Shown: positions 1 to 13,058, counted from the first letter of the stretch. The stretch is DNA of 64,000 nt from Nageia nagi (GCA_050084985.1 JBITNC010000001.1:187612001-187676000); one strand, 5' to 3'. Notes: generated from the letters alone by a model not told the origin. Translations and numbers: made by a program.

Positions 1-1734
1 AGGCTTTGCTTTGCTGGATGCGAAATCTCCGGTCTCCACTGAGAACTCCAGAAGGTCAGAACTTGGAACTTTGATGCTGGGTCATCGACATGGCCACATG
101 AAAAGGTGTAGTCTTTAGCATTTTAAGCCTGGAAATTATTACCAGGTTTGAGCTAGGCCAAAGCAACTTCCCGGATGCCAGGAAATAATTCAAAGAGATC
201 CAAAACTTGAAAGAAGAAGTCTGGAAATAAATTCCAAATCAACACTTGATAAATTTGGTTTTCGAAAATTTTATTAATCAACCTAAAAATTGACTAAGCC
301 TCATTCCATCATCTCAGTTAAGCTTGTTGGAATGTTTCTCTATTGCAACAGTCTTCCTCAGGTTCCTCCTCAAACCATGCTCCTCTTTGGGAATGACTGA
401 TATATTTCAATACAAAAAAGATGATTGCTTTATGTAACATGGTCCGCTAATGCTGATTTTCCTTTTTGATAATGATGTAGATCAGTACTATAATACTTTA
501 ATCTTGTTCAAATCAATCTTCCTGTTTCACCAGAACAAGGAATGAGGTAAATCCCCTAGCCAATTTCGGATCCGAAATGTGACATCCCCCTTGTACTTTT
601 AGTGGGACCAGTCTGGTCACCTTGTACTATATCTATTTGATGTACTTGCATTTGCATTGTTGTAACTCAGGATAGGAGTTTAACGGGTCATGTGGACCCC
701 ATTGTGAGCTCTCCTAAGTAGTAAATTAGGCATGTGTTGCATTGGAGATCCCGGATTGTGGGAATCCCAAGGAATGTTTATGCATTTGTGAGTTGGGCAG
801 CTACCAACATGCTAGCGCCACACTGGGGAGGGCCCCATACCCCCACGTTGGCTCTTGAGGACTCCAGGACCCCACGTTGGCACTTTAAGTGATTGGGCCC
901 CCCAAATACCCAACGTTGAATTAGATGGGCCTGGGATGACTCCTAGGTGAGTTCCAGACACGAGCAATGCATAAATAGACATTGGAGCTTTAGTATTGGA
1001 CAGCTATTGATCATTATTACATTTACTACTGACCTTCGGGCACAAGTCTTAGCAAGACTAAGCAATTCATTCCTAGGCGGAGCGTCTAGAGAGTAGTCAG
1101 GCGGTGGGATCCTTATTATTTACAGCATAGGTGGAGCACCTTGCCCATCCGATGGTATTCCGAGTTGTTACTTCTACCTGCAGTGGTTCACCAGGTTTTG
1201 AGGAGGGCTCCTTCAATGGAGAGGATTCGGGATCTAAGGGAGTAAGTCTATCCCATGTTTATACAGTTGTCCAGTGTTGGAGAGATCAGATTGTTGTGCC
1301 CTAGTTGGCTCCCAGGAGGCCAAAAACTACCTATTAAGGCTTGGTATTGTATTGCATCTATTGTTTATCATTCGTATACAGCCAGAGGGCTTTGGATCTC
1401 ATTGTGTATTGTATATTCCATACTTGTGCATGCGTTGGGTTGATTATGCTTATTGTACTTGTATGAGCTAGACGTTGGCATTATGTTATGATGTTCATTG
1501 CTATATGCTTGTAAATGCTAGACGTTGACATACTGGGGTTTAATGATTGGATCTTGCATGTTATATTTAGGCGTTGGCATTCTGGATATCTGAATGTTTA
1601 ATGTGATTGCCCTAACCCTTACATTGCATGTATGAGGGTTTGATTGTGTGTTGTGGATGCCCTAGACCTGACGCCAGGGTTTGATGGTCCAGTATAGCTA
1701 GTTTGTGGTTGAATTTAAAATTTGAATCATCACA
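1..1734. mobile_element. LTR retrotransposon non-coding sequence (LTR(s)) in SP1 intron 6
   Basis: TGTGA at 578 and TCACA at 1734 are flanked by CGAAA/CAAAA (4/5 TSD). The alternative reading is a minus-strand PPT AAGGGGGA followed by TGTCACA at 584. Subrepeats CCCCACGTTGG and GCTAGACGTTGG are present; no coding remnants. Confidence 0.55.
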
Positions 1735-1789
1735 CAAAACATCCTTTCTAGTTCTCAGCTTCTACATGATAGTATTTGACAGGCAAAAA

Positions 1790-2354
1790 ACATGTAGAGT
1801 TTTCCTTTCTTTAGATCCATGCTATTCTGTTTGAAATGCCAACTACAAAAGGCATCTATGCTTAATTACCACTGCTGTGAGAATTAACTTACGACTAGGA
1901 CCTGTCCTAAACGCTCCGAATTTGGTCCCTTCAATGACCATTTCTACTAAACGCTTTGGATAGGCACTCCTCTTGTGCTAAATGTTCGTAATTAGCAATC
2001 CTTCTTGCCCTTGAAATGCATGTCTTCAAAGCATCTGTTTTTGGGATCTGATAGTGAGGTGAAGAAGCATAAAGGTAAAGATCTGTGTGGGTGGTTTTCT
2101 ATACACAGTTCTTCCAAGAGTTCCATCCTCATCCTGATGATAAGAACATCAAGAAATGGTAATCTGTTATGTCTTCCTACTTCTCTTGTAAACTGAATAT
2201 TGCTGCGTAATCTGTTAAGGTGTGTTTGGAATTCATCCAAACTATGCAGTCCATAGGGCCAGTAGATATTAGTATCATTAACAAATCATTTCCACTAGTT
2301 GGGTCTCAATGTCACAGAGGCTAATACTGATTGCTAAAATCTTTCCATAAACAA
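1790..2354 (-). mobile_element. Penelope-like retroelement (Dryad-type) RT fragment, pseudogenised
   Basis: Frameshifted translation: LFMERF*QSVLASVTLRPN*WK*FVNDTNIYWPYG...FQTHLNRLRSNIQFTREV...LPFLDVLII...DGTLGRTVYRKP.HTDLYLYASS...RARRI...FSRNG...MPFVVGISNRIAWI. This covers PLE RT motifs 5-7, thumb and linker. Confidence 0.85.
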
Positions 2355-2482
2355 ATATAAAAATCTGTTTTTGCAATCAATAACGTAAAACATTCCTGAA
2401 CATCACGATCTAACAATTCCATGATTAGAAATTTTACAGACTGAAAATGTATTGGATCAAGCACAGGTATTGTTTGTGATAC

Positions 2483-2548
2483 CTCACCAATAACAGTCAG
2501 AGCTGTTCCTATGGGAAGAACCCTTTCAACTCGCTTCACTCCAAGCAT
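2483..2548 (-). CDS. SP1: SP1/SPL1-family E3 ligase, exon 6 (gene continues left of window)
   Basis: AACAG|ATG...GAG|GTATCA, 66 nt, encodes MLGVKRVERVLPIGTALTVIGE. The second TM segment and RING exons were not found in 1-2482. Confidence 0.95.
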
Positions 2549-2646
2549 CTGTTCCACAACCATTTGTTGAAATAAAACTAAGCTCTGATTTTCAGTATTT
2601 CTTGCTATGATAATGAGTTGGTAAAGTGTGTGTGGGAAATACATAC

Positions 2647-2784
2647 CTTCAGGCCTTGCAAATAATCTAGTGTGCCAAGCAAAAGTGGCCGACGAGATTC
2701 CTCAAAAACTTCACTTGCAACAGTCAATTGTAAGCCTGTTGCGCGACGAGCGCCAACAACATTTGCATGACCAGTTCCATCCTC
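2647..2784 (-). CDS. SP1: SP1/SPL1-family E3 ligase, exon 5
   Basis: TTTCAG|GAG...AAG|GTATGT, 138 nt, encodes EDGTGHANVVGARRATGLQLTVASEVFEESRRPLLLGTLDYLQGLK. Confidence 0.95.
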
Positions 2785-2973
2785 CTGAAAATGAATAAAC
2801 ATCTTTAGAAGACACCAAGAAGAAAGCCTTCAAAAAGCATGATTAAAAATGTATGTGATTCTTAAAGAAACATTTCTAAACATTTAACTCAAATAATTGT
2901 AGTTTAATATGCTTGAAAGCATTACTAATAGTTCACACAACAAATTAAGAAATATGAAGAGAGCAAAATTTAC

Positions 2974-3069
2974 CAAATACCATGGAACTTCTTCACTTTT
3001 TGGACGTGCCAAGGTAAAGTCTTGAATCCATGAACCATCATCAGTTTGTTTTAAAAAGTGTTGCTCTGT
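2974..3069 (-). CDS. SP1: SP1/SPL1-family E3 ligase, exon 4
   Basis: TAG|ACA...TTG|GTAAAT, 96 nt, encodes TEQHFLKQTDDGSWIQDFTLARPKSEEVPWYL, cf. AEQHFLKHNETGSWVQDSALMLSMSKEVPWFL. Confidence 0.93.
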
Positions 3070-3188
3070 CTAGAGTAGCAAAGAGAGTACACAAAAAATC
3101 ATGCATCTAAACTCCAAATGAAAAGGATAGTATAATGCAGTAACCATAGTTCCAAAAGAAAACATATGAAAGGTAAATATACGCATAC

Positions 3189-3313
3189 CGTCTCCTCCAA
3201 AATAACACCTCTGAGACTACTGTGTTTACACTTGATTGGTGTTTGTGACTGCACTCTTCCACCAACACAAACAACCAAAGGTAAGACTTTACGTGCTGTA
3301 TCCAGAAGCAGAT
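3189..3313 (-). CDS. SP1: SP1/SPL1-family E3 ligase, exon 3 (GIDE domain)
   Basis: TGCAG|AT...ACG|GTATGC encodes (D)LLLDTARKVLPLVVCVGGRVQSQTPIKCKHSSLRGVILEET, cf. SP1 ILPFIVAVSGRVGSETPIKCEHSGIRGVIVEET. Confidence 0.93.
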
Positions 3314-3779
3314 CTGCAGTACAATTCAAGATCAGATTTGTTCTTCTAAAGCGCTTAGCTAACAAGAAAGAATGGATAACACGACTGATCAGCCCATGTG
3401 CACAAATTATTTATAATGCAACATTTATTCTCCCAAAGCTCACTTGAATTAGTATCGATCCAAAAAAAACATTAGTTGTATCTCTGCTAAATTAATAACA
3501 TGCACAATAGAGCTTTATAAATCCTAAAACGCTTTCTTCAGAACAAAAGACAAGGCGAGAAATGCAGCTTTCCAATATCACATCTGACACCAAAAAATTC
3601 TTATTATTTAAATATGACTTTTGACTGGGCCTATTTTGGGAACCTCAAAAACAGTGCATAACGTCCCACAGTAGATGATTAAAAGATCATTGTTTACATC
3701 ATCATATGCATCTTTCCCATCTTCCCCCAAATCCTGTTCAGTGTGCTATCTCCTATTTTTGTCTTCTGCTAGTCTGACA

Positions 3780-4684
3780 TGTGATATGCAAGGGAAAATA
3801 TATAGCTGTCATGTTTATTAACAGGGTAACCTCCAAAGCAAGCCACTTTGAGAAGGCAATCCTCTGGATAGAATATACATCCAACTATGCCTCAAGAATA
3901 GGCCCCGTTATTATATCAGAAAGGAAGGGTAGTATATTACTATATAATGAATGTGGGATAACAGATAAAGAAGAAGAATTCAGGAAAATGAAGAGAACAA
4001 GAAAGATATACATAAGCGAGAAGAAGAAGGTTATAGATGAGAGTGGCACATAAAGGAGCTTTGCCCTCAACGCTTTGTGTGGATGCTTTTCCAAAAAATG
4101 CTCATCCTCCCCCAGTAGCAAAATACTGTGGGACCATGCAATCGTGAAGCTAAGAAGTGCAAGTGTCCAAAAGAGATTTCAGTTCTAGAACAAGATTGCC
4201 TTCATAATCAACTTCAGGAAGTTCTGCCTAAACTAGAATACGTTGTCCAAGGAATTGCTTCAAATAGGAGACATGAAATACATAGCAGCTCCTAGAAGGC
4301 AGTGGAAGCTCCAATGCATATGCAACTTCACAAATTTTCTAAATGATCCATGAGAAGCTGCAAAACATCTTGAGTTTGTCGAAAGTGAACTTGGACTGCT
4401 TGCACTTTGAAATGATCTGGAAGACAAGTATTACTGCTGGGGCAAACTGATTTGAGTATAAACATTACATAATATAACCATTTTGCCAAACGAATCCATT
4501 TGACCCACTGAGACTGTTTTTCTACTACAACACATCCACAATAACTCTCAAGAAACTTATTACAGTTTCAGTTTAATCGTCTCTTTGAGGATGGTAAGCA
4601 GAATTATGGAGTCAAGTACCTTGTAACTTGAACAATTCCTTCTAAAAATGTCGTTCAAACATGAGATCTCTATCACAAACAATT
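3780..4684 (-). mobile_element. Truncated Ty3/Gypsy chromovirus: integrase core/C-terminus plus probable ~270-bp LTR (3780-4050)
   Basis: Decayed IVCDRDLMF..F*KELFKLQGT..SAYHPQ..EKQSQWVKW, VAYALELP..VFHVSYLK, LPEVDYEGNLVLE, EDEHFLEKHP, followed by a TGTG...CACA segment. Confidence 0.75.
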
Positions 4685-7399
4685 GAAGTTTGTGGATATG
4701 TCTCAATAAGATTTTTGGAATTTGACTTGACTTGGGGAAAAAGGAAACAGGTGAAAATTCCCATACTTATTGAGGTGACTTACAACTAACACAAGAGTAA
4801 CTTTACCTTAGGATTTTGGAAGACCTTAGAGGAAGCGCATGGAGTTTTCTTCCCATTGGTAAGATGCAACAGACAATGGCTGCATTAGTCCCACTGAAGA
4901 AAGCATTTCTTCTTTAACCCATTGCAAAAGTGTCACATTGTGTAATGCATCTATTGACATCACTTCTAAACCCTTGCCAAAAGAAAGAGCAGTTCACTCT
5001 ATAGTAAAGCTTAAAAAGCCCAGAATGGCTTAATATAGGAGAAGAGGATAGCTCTTTCAAAATGATATCCTCGAGAATAGAATGGAATATCAAATATATC
5101 CAATTATGATGGCAGAGAATGCCATCATGCTAGGAATAATTGGGAGATGAAGTAGCATCTCACCCCTATTTCTGAATAAGTAGAGCTTAGTGAATTATCA
5201 TTGTGCCATTCTACTTGAGCTTCTGCAATCAAGGTTTGAACAGGAGAGAACATAGTAGACAAGGATGATCTTCAATAAAACCATGGTATTATTTATCATC
5301 TTTACCCTTATGGTAGAAAATCTTAAATCAAATCCTCAATTTTCGCAGTGCATTTCAGTTGCTATGCTGAAGATGTACATTGTTCCAGGAAATGTTTGAA
5401 ATTGGAAAGATCAGTATTGATATTAAAGTGATAACCCAACAAGTATAAATGCTACTTTTGAACATGGATACTAACCAATGCCTCATTCATATCAGCTGAT
5501 TGGCTTTGATGTTGAGTTGCTTAATTTCAAATGCAATGGATCTTGCTTTTTACAACAAAATTGCCATGGTGATACAGCTTTATGCACACAACTTGAGGTA
5601 AATGTTTTGCTAAAATTAAATATCACCAACACATGTCGAGGTCATAATAACCCTCAAAGCTGTAAAGCCTCGGTGATCTATTCTATACTACCAAAGAACT
5701 TAAACCTCACCACACTTGTGTTTCTACAAAAATTGAAACCTTTTGTAGGTTTAGCACTACCAATAGTATTTTTTTAGAGTTTGTTCCTTGGTGCAACTCA
5801 AATACTATACCATCTCACAGAGGTTGTGATGTTAGGTGCCATAACTTTTTTTTACTTTTGAATTTATGGAGGGTTGGTCACCACAAATACCCCAACTCTA
5901 CCTCGGTATTTGGGTTTTAAATGATGAGGACTCCGATGAGTGACAATCATCACAAGCACCCGCTTTGAAACACTACTATAGATTTCAAATGCTAGCCACC
6001 AGAATGTTTATCTAGGTGCTACGTATTTTGGCCAAATAAAGAGGCATCATCACCTCTAATTTGAATCTTGAGTTCGATCTTGTGATTTTGAATCTTGATG
6101 TTGCACTTTCCCATTTCTAGCTAGCATTCATTTCAGATCAAAGCTTTAATTGATTGTTCATCCATTTTTGTAGTTCAAAACAGACACACTGTATTGAAGT
6201 CCAAGCCTGGTCCATCAAGCATGCCTGCTATCTGTCACTGAAGCTCCTTTGCATTGATCAACACGGGTGATGCTTCTAGGGCAGGATTACCCAGCCACCA
6301 ATATTTGCTTGCATGACTGGAACCTGCATCTAAAATTCAACTCATCTCCATGATTTAAATCAAGTGTCAAAATGAATAATGTGCACAAAACTTCAGAAAT
6401 GTAACCCCTTTTATTTTTACTTGAAGAATTGCATGATTTTTCCAGAAACCACTTTGCTTGATATTCCTATTGGACTTGAATATGCAGGGGCAATCAAAGG
6501 CAAGACATCTAATTCTAGGACTTCAAAATAATCACAATCATCATGGTCATTTGAATTTACACTGAAAGACAAAAAGAAAATTGGCTATTACTTGTTGGAT
6601 GATTTCGACGTTGTAAACCAAGAATAGTACTCTTATACCAATTATAATTTATTATATGCCAATGGAAGATTAACTCTTGATTTACTAATAAGGCAACCAC
6701 TTCGAGGGGGTGAAACCTCAAGTACAAACCAATCAAGGGGTTGAAATCTCCGGTACAAACCACTTCAAGAAGGTAATTCTTAAAAAAGAACATACATCCA
6801 ACCATGCTTCTAATCTGTGTGGTCTCCTTATATACGAGAATGAGAGGCTAGTACATCATAGTATAATGAATATAGGACAACAGACTAAGAAGACTCAGTA
6901 AAATGAACAAAATAAGAAAGATATGTAGAGACAGAAGAAGAAAAGGAATAGCATACATGAGAGTGGGCAAATAATACCTTCCACTACCGAACTTTTTGTT
7001 AATTCCCATCTAGACCTGCCTCTTGTCCCTCCCCTTCTTAACATCCACCAATTGACCCTTCATGGAATTATCTCAGAAATTATTTAGTATCTTGAAGCTC
7101 AATGCAAATAAGCAAAACTCCATTGAAGAAGTTGCTGTAAATCATCATTACTCAAAGCCTAGTCCCTTGCATGGAAGCCCAAACCTTCACACTTGCTGTT
7201 AGTTCAAATTTTCTAACACCTTGCACTCTTCGTGTGGTGCACAGTCTCTCCAATCCAAACAGTTTGCTCTAATTCCACAGTTTCAGCAAGATTCTCAATG
7301 AAGCGAACAATCTATAAAGTGTTTTGAGCTATATGCTCACATAAAACTCTACCTTTGGTGATCGTGCATTCACAAGAACATGTTGCCATCTTCTCTAAA

Positions 7400-7680
7400 A
7401 TCACATTGAAATCACTCATCAATTCTCCTGGAGCTCTCTGATTTTTAGTGAGCTGCTCAAACAATGCCATTATGTCTTTTCATTCCAAACTCGGCTATAA
7501 ATAAAGATCCAAAACCATCCCAGTTTGAGACTGTTCCTGAAGGGAAATCCCTGAACCAATCAAGTGCCTTTTCTTTTAATGAGGCTATAAACAACTTCAA
7601 AGCTACATCCTTACATTCAATGTGATAAATTGCTACAATATTTACAATGTCTTGCAACTGAAAACATGCAGATGCAATAA
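7400..7680 (-). mobile_element. Retrotransposon gag fragment
   Basis: DVALKLFIASLKEKALDWFRDFPSGTVSNWDGFGSLFIAEF matches the retrotransposon gag (PF03732-type) pattern. Confidence 0.7.
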
Positions 7681-8217
7681 AAGAACATCGGGGAGAGTCT
7701 AGCATGAAATTGGTTCTATTTACTGAATAGAATGAATCACATGTCGCTACCTTGTGTTATACTTAGACATCAATAGCCTATAGTCTTCACCATTTAAGTA
7801 TAGTAAGGATTTAAGAGTAGCTGTAGGATATCATTCAAATTTTGCAAGTCCAAAGGATTGTGATTTGTCCATGCAGTAAAAGGCAACTTTCTAGGTGCTG
7901 GTTGGTTCTGATTTGCATCATCATTTGCATTCTAACTTTGATTCAGTGTTGTTAAAGGTGTATTGCAATTACAAGAGGTTATAATTTTTGTGTTGAGGTA
8001 ATTTTTAAAGGATTTCCTCTAAGTACCTATACATCTAGCCCTTCTCATGGTGGAGAGAGATTCAATGGTGTAGCTTCACCATGCTGTCTAGTTATAGCTC
8101 TAGTATGCATTTTTTTTCTTCTCATACAGATGAGAGATACAAATGGCTGAAAACTTATCTTTTTTGTACATGTAGCCTTGTACGCTAGATAAGAGAAAAT
8201 AAGATACCAGTTACAAA

Positions 8218-9788
8218 CCCGATGGAGTCGCCAGGTGATGATACACCAAAAGAAGTGCTAAGTAACCGCTCAAACTAGTTGAATCGTCTCAATATTTTTT
8301 TGGCCAAATGAGGATTACGACCCACCAAGTATGCCAAAAAGAAAAACCATTAAAGAGTGAATACAATCAAGGAATCATACAAAGAAAAGCTTTTATAAGG
8401 AATTTTCAAGTTGTGGGACGAATATACAGTCTCTGAATTACTACGGAGAGAATCAGTACGCTCTTACTAATCTTCTCCTAGGCTTCTTAAAATCACAAGG
8501 TGTTAGGATATGTGTTGTAAGTTTGCATGAATTATACCAGGAAGGGAGTTATAGTCATGGAGGCAATTCCACACCAATTCAAGGTGGTGATGGCTCAACT
8601 AGGAGCAGTAGTCCTTGGCCCAAAAATGTTGGGACCTACTTTTGAGTATAATTTGAGGGTGAATACCTTTGAATGTTTGTAAGGTAGGTCGCATGTATTT
8701 ATTACTCACAATTGGGTGGGTCACATGTATTTATTATATAATACATAGTTTTGTCCCCACTATTTTGTAAAACTTTTTGTCCCCACTATTTTGTAAAACT
8801 GTGTGCTAATTCCATGTATTGGCGTGGTTATGTAAATTCCATATTTGTGTGAGGATTGTGATAGAAAACGAAGAAGTTAAGAAGGGTTTGTGAAAGCACT
8901 AGACATATATTGTACTGGTGACTCAGATTTGGAGATCTAATACATTTTGTGCTTTTGCTAGGTTTTTTACCCAAAAGGGTTTTCCCAAGATATATTAATG
9001 AGTATCTTGTGAACGAACTGTTCATTGTTATATTGAATTTTTTGCATTATTTATCCACTTGTTTCTAACACGAAAATGGTTAGAAAAGATAAGTGCGTGG
9101 TAAAGAAATCAGAAATAGCAGAGTCAAAAAATTTCACCCACAGAAATAAAATTGACATGAAGATGCTCTCAACTCTATGATTGATCAATATTATGCCAAA
9201 GACAGAGCCATAAAGCCAAAATCCACAGCCAACCCTCCCAGGTAAGAGACTAAGCCATCAAACTGAAATTGCTTGAATATTATTATTGCTCAATGAATTG
9301 ATTACACTCAAAAGTGGAAGAATCTTACAAGAGAAATTACAAGAACAGAAGTTCTAATTACAAAACTTGGAAATGGAACCACTTTACAAGTTGACAACCT
9401 AGCTTAAATAGAAATATAAATGCTCATTGCCACCCATTTTGCTATCTCTTTTGTTAATTAACAGAATTGATTTGATGGCTGGCCATGATCTCCACATCTC
9501 CTTATGGTTTCAATGCTTTGGTTCAATGGCATATGCCACAGAATGCAATCTCTCATGTGTTGGAGTGGAGTTTGAAAGTAAACTGCCTGATATTGAAAAA
9601 TTTGTCGACCATGGTGGTATTCGACAGCCCCTTTCACTCAATTATGGCCCATGAGACTTTATATAGTATGCAGGGTGCATGCAAATCATAGCCATGTGAC
9701 TTCATTAAACATGGTCCATGGGCCTTCGTTTTATAAATAAATAGGCTTTAATTTCATATTCAAGTGAGACCCACAAAATACATCTACC
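8218..9788 (-). mobile_element. Tat/Ogre-type LTR plus PBS stub (tRNA-Arg)
   Basis: On the minus strand the LTR end ...TCATCA (8236) is followed by CC and TGGCGACTCCATCGGG (8233-8218), complementary to the 3' end of plant tRNA-Arg(ACG). A probable decayed LTR start GTAGATG lies at ~9787. Confidence 0.6.
8627..9070 (+). mobile_element. Probable Copia solo LTR nested in the preceding LTR
   Basis: TGTTGG...CTAACA termini, a GGGTTTTCCC motif near the 3' end and an internal ~27-bp tandem duplication (~8748-8800). TSD is poor (AAAAA/CGAAA). Confidence 0.5.
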
Positions 9789-10709
9789 GGTACCCATATG
9801 GTGGATCCTCTATTTGACATAAGCCTAAAAATCTCAGCAATTGAACAAGATAGAATTCAACATTTATCAAATGTTTCCCTTTAAATGGGTTCAAGCACTA
9901 TTAAATTCTCAGCTCACAGTTTAGAGATTCCACATAGATTTATGACATCATAGTTGAACCCATTTTAGTTTTTGCTTATCCTAGGTAGATATTGTTTTGG
10001 ATGGCATCCATTCAAAACATTTAAATCAAACAACAGTAGGATATCTCAACGATGGGTGAGGTCGTTTGGGATACTTCAGCTCATCTTTGATTACAGGGCT
10101 GCCATGTGTCGTGTGTTGTCAGCAACTTAGGTGACAAGCAGATCCACGTTCAACAAGCGGCACTGACATGTTTCTTCGTCTTGCAATCTTGACCATCAAA
10201 AACAATTTTATATTGATAGCAATTAAATTTTGATATCAACATTTTAAAATTTTTAGCTCATAACATGGCACTACCAAGTGTAATATATGATCTCAATATT
10301 TGGTGGCTCAAGCACTTTGTGTTATGGCTTATGGGCCCTAGTGCTTTCTCTTGTGGCCTCGTAAGTGATATGGTGGGCTCGTCTTGGAATCACATCAAGC
10401 TCAGATTTTAGCCATCCAATATCGAATGGTTTGGAGTTAATTTATATACAATTTTTATAAGTTTATTTCAAAATTTGATATTATTTTATCTTTCTTTTTT
10501 TTTAATCTAGAAACTTTTCATTGTTATTCTTTGAATTCTAAAGCTTTATACATTCAATTTTATTACATTTGTAATTTTTGTTATAAAGATTAAATTCAAA
10601 ATTTCTTGATTTTTATTTTAAAGGTAATTACAATTGGATTGTATTTATGGTGGAATCTTATTTTAAATAAGATGAAGGCCTCTCAAAATCAATTAGAAGT
10701 TCATTATGG

Positions 10710-11181
10710 GAGAGGCCATTTCAAAATTCTAAAATATAAATGGAAGTGTCATGCACCCCTCACAATATTTATGGCTTTTGCTATGGGCATGTTCACCTTA
10801 TCTTGCAAGGCCATCATCACTTATCTTTGAAAGATCTCAATCGTTGAGTGCTTCCATCTAACGATGATCAAATGTTTAAGCTCATTAGAAACAAAACAAT
10901 TTAAAGATTTCCAACCCGCATCATGAGTTGTCATGTGTGTTTATTACATCATCATCACTTGTGCTCATAACATCAAATTTTTAAGTGCATAATCGTAGAG
11001 GCCCTTTCAAAACTCTAAACCTTGTATATGAAAGTGCAAGGCATTCCTCACAACATTTATGGCTTCTTGTACTATATCTTGCAACGACATCATCACTTGT
11101 CTTTGAAAGATCTCAATTGTTGAGTGCTTCCATCTAAAATGATCAAATGTTTAAGCTCATTAGGAGCAAAGCCCTTTAAAG
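10710..11181 (+). repeat. Old ~290-bp direct repeat (10710-10970 vs 10997-11181 continuing at 13067-13125)
   Basis: AGAGGCC.TTTCAAAA...CATCATCACTT.TCTTTGAAAGATCTCAAT...TTTAAAG..TTCCAACCC.CATCA occurs twice. The second copy is split by the MITE insertion. Confidence 0.75.
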
Positions 11182-12950
11182 TTGTGTTCCACAGAGACAC
11201 ATATTGGCCCCCAAAACCCCTATATTCCCATTTCAATTGTTTTGGATGGGGGGACGAGTACGAAACGTCTCACCATTGTCTTGCCCTAGTTGAAATTCCC
11301 CCAAAATGTCTCCCCAGTTGGTTGTATGCCCAGCTTTCCCCAGAATGGCTAGGGGATGTTTGAACGTTCCCCCCAACATGTTGGGGATGCCCAAAACTTC
11401 ATCCCCAAAACGATTAGGGGATGTCTAGGAGTCCCTCTTGTGTCCTAGGGATGCCCAAGAGTCCATCCCCAACATCCTAGGGATGCCCAAGAGTTCATCC
11501 CCAAAACAGTTGGGGGATGTTTGGGTGTCCCCTCAGTGGTTCTAGGGATGGTTGGAGAAACAACCAAATTATATAAAGAAAAGCAAATTTTTAATGCAAA
11601 TTTTGATACTCTGATTGTTCATATGTTTTGACATTTTGGCATTTTAGCATTCTATTATGTTCTCATATGATATGTTTTGACTTTGAGTCTTCGCATTTAG
11701 CTATGCAGTATGTTTTCGTATCAAACTCATATTGATATGATATGGTTTGAGTTTGACATTTTGATGTGTTCATTGTTGTCACATTAGATTCTCATAAGAT
11801 ATGTTTTGACATTTTGATTTCTCAAACTCTCATATATGATATCAAATATTTGATTATTCATATGCCTAGACTCTATGATCATTGATAGTAAAATAGAAAT
11901 TTGATATATGATTAAATGACATGTTTGATAATTGATATTGATAACTTGATAATTTTGAATCTTTATTATATAATTAAAACTAAAAAAAATATTTTTAATA
12001 TATATATATATTCATAATTTTATTATATTATTTTTTGGGTATTGTCTTTGAAAGATCTCAATTGTTGAGTGTTGCTTCCATCTACATTGATCAAATGTTT
12101 AAGCTCATTAGGAGCAAAGCCCTTTAAAGTTGTGTTCCACGGAGACACATATTGGCCCCCAAAACCCCTATATTCCCCTTTCGACTATTTTGGATGGGGA
12201 GACGAGTACGAAACGTCTCACCATCGTCTTGCCCTAGTTGAAATTCCCCCAAAATGTCTCCACAGTTGGTTGTATGCCCAGCTTTCCCCAGAATGGCTAG
12301 GGGACATTTGGACGTTCCCCCTAATGTGTTGGGGATGCCCAAAACTTCATCCCCAAAACAATTAGGGATGTCTAGGAGTGCTTCTTGTGTCCTAGGGATG
12401 CCCAAGAGTCGATCCCCAACATCCTAGGGATGCCAAGAGTTCATCCCCAAAACAGTTGGGGGATATTTGGGTGTCCCCTCAGTGGTTCTAGGGATGGTTG
12501 GAGAAACAGCCAAATTATATAAAGAAAAGCAAATTTTTAATGCAAATTTTGATACTCTGATTTTTCATATGTTTTGACATTTTCGCATTTTAGCATTCTA
12601 TTATGTTCTCATATGATATGTTTTGACTTTGAGTCTTCGCATTTTGCTATGCAGAATGTTTTCGTATCAAACTCATATTGATATGATATGGTTTGAGTTT
12701 GACATTTTGATGTGTTCATCGTTGTCACATTAGATTCTCATAAGATATGTTTTGACATTTTGATTCCTCAAACTCTCATATATGATATCAAATATTTGAT
12801 TATTCATATGCCTAGACTCTATGATCATTGATAATAAAATTGAAATTTGAAATATGATTAAATGACATGTTTGATAATTGATATTGATAAATTGATAATT
12901 TTGAAACTTTATTATATAATTAAAACTAAAATATATATATATATATTAAT
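11097..12950 (+). repeat. 945-bp tandem duplication of flank plus left part of the hAT MITE
   Basis: 11097-12041 is nearly identical to 12042-~12950. Each unit is ~85 bp of host flank, then CTTTAAAG, then the MITE left end up to the (TA)n tract. Confidence 0.92.
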
Positions 12951-13058
12951 ACTACCATACCCCCATCATACCCAAAATGGGGCTCAAGTTGTACCCATCC
13001 TAGAGACACATCTCGTTGTACCATGTCGTCCCCATCTCAAACACTTCGTCGAACATAG
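12130..13058. mobile_element. Complete non-autonomous hAT element (MITE-like, 929 bp)
   Basis: 8-bp TSD CTTTAAAG at 12122-12129 and 13059-13066. Imperfect TIRs TTGTGTTCCACGGAG / revcomp CTATGTTCGACGAAG (11/15). CCCC/GGGGA subterminal motifs. Confidence 0.85.

Noticed and set aside
1-2482. Further SP1 exons (second TM segment, RING)
   Set aside because: No AVKDD/GPFYVS or C3HC4-like translation with splice sites was found; the region is PLE and LTR sequence.
4685-7400. Possible LINE and LTR scraps in intron 2
   Set aside because: Only faint motif resemblance; boundaries and family could not be supported by eye.
11124-12405. Duplicated small ORFs (79/98/93 aa) as a gene pair
   Set aside because: They straddle the flank/MITE junction of the tandem duplication and show no recognisable protein motifs.
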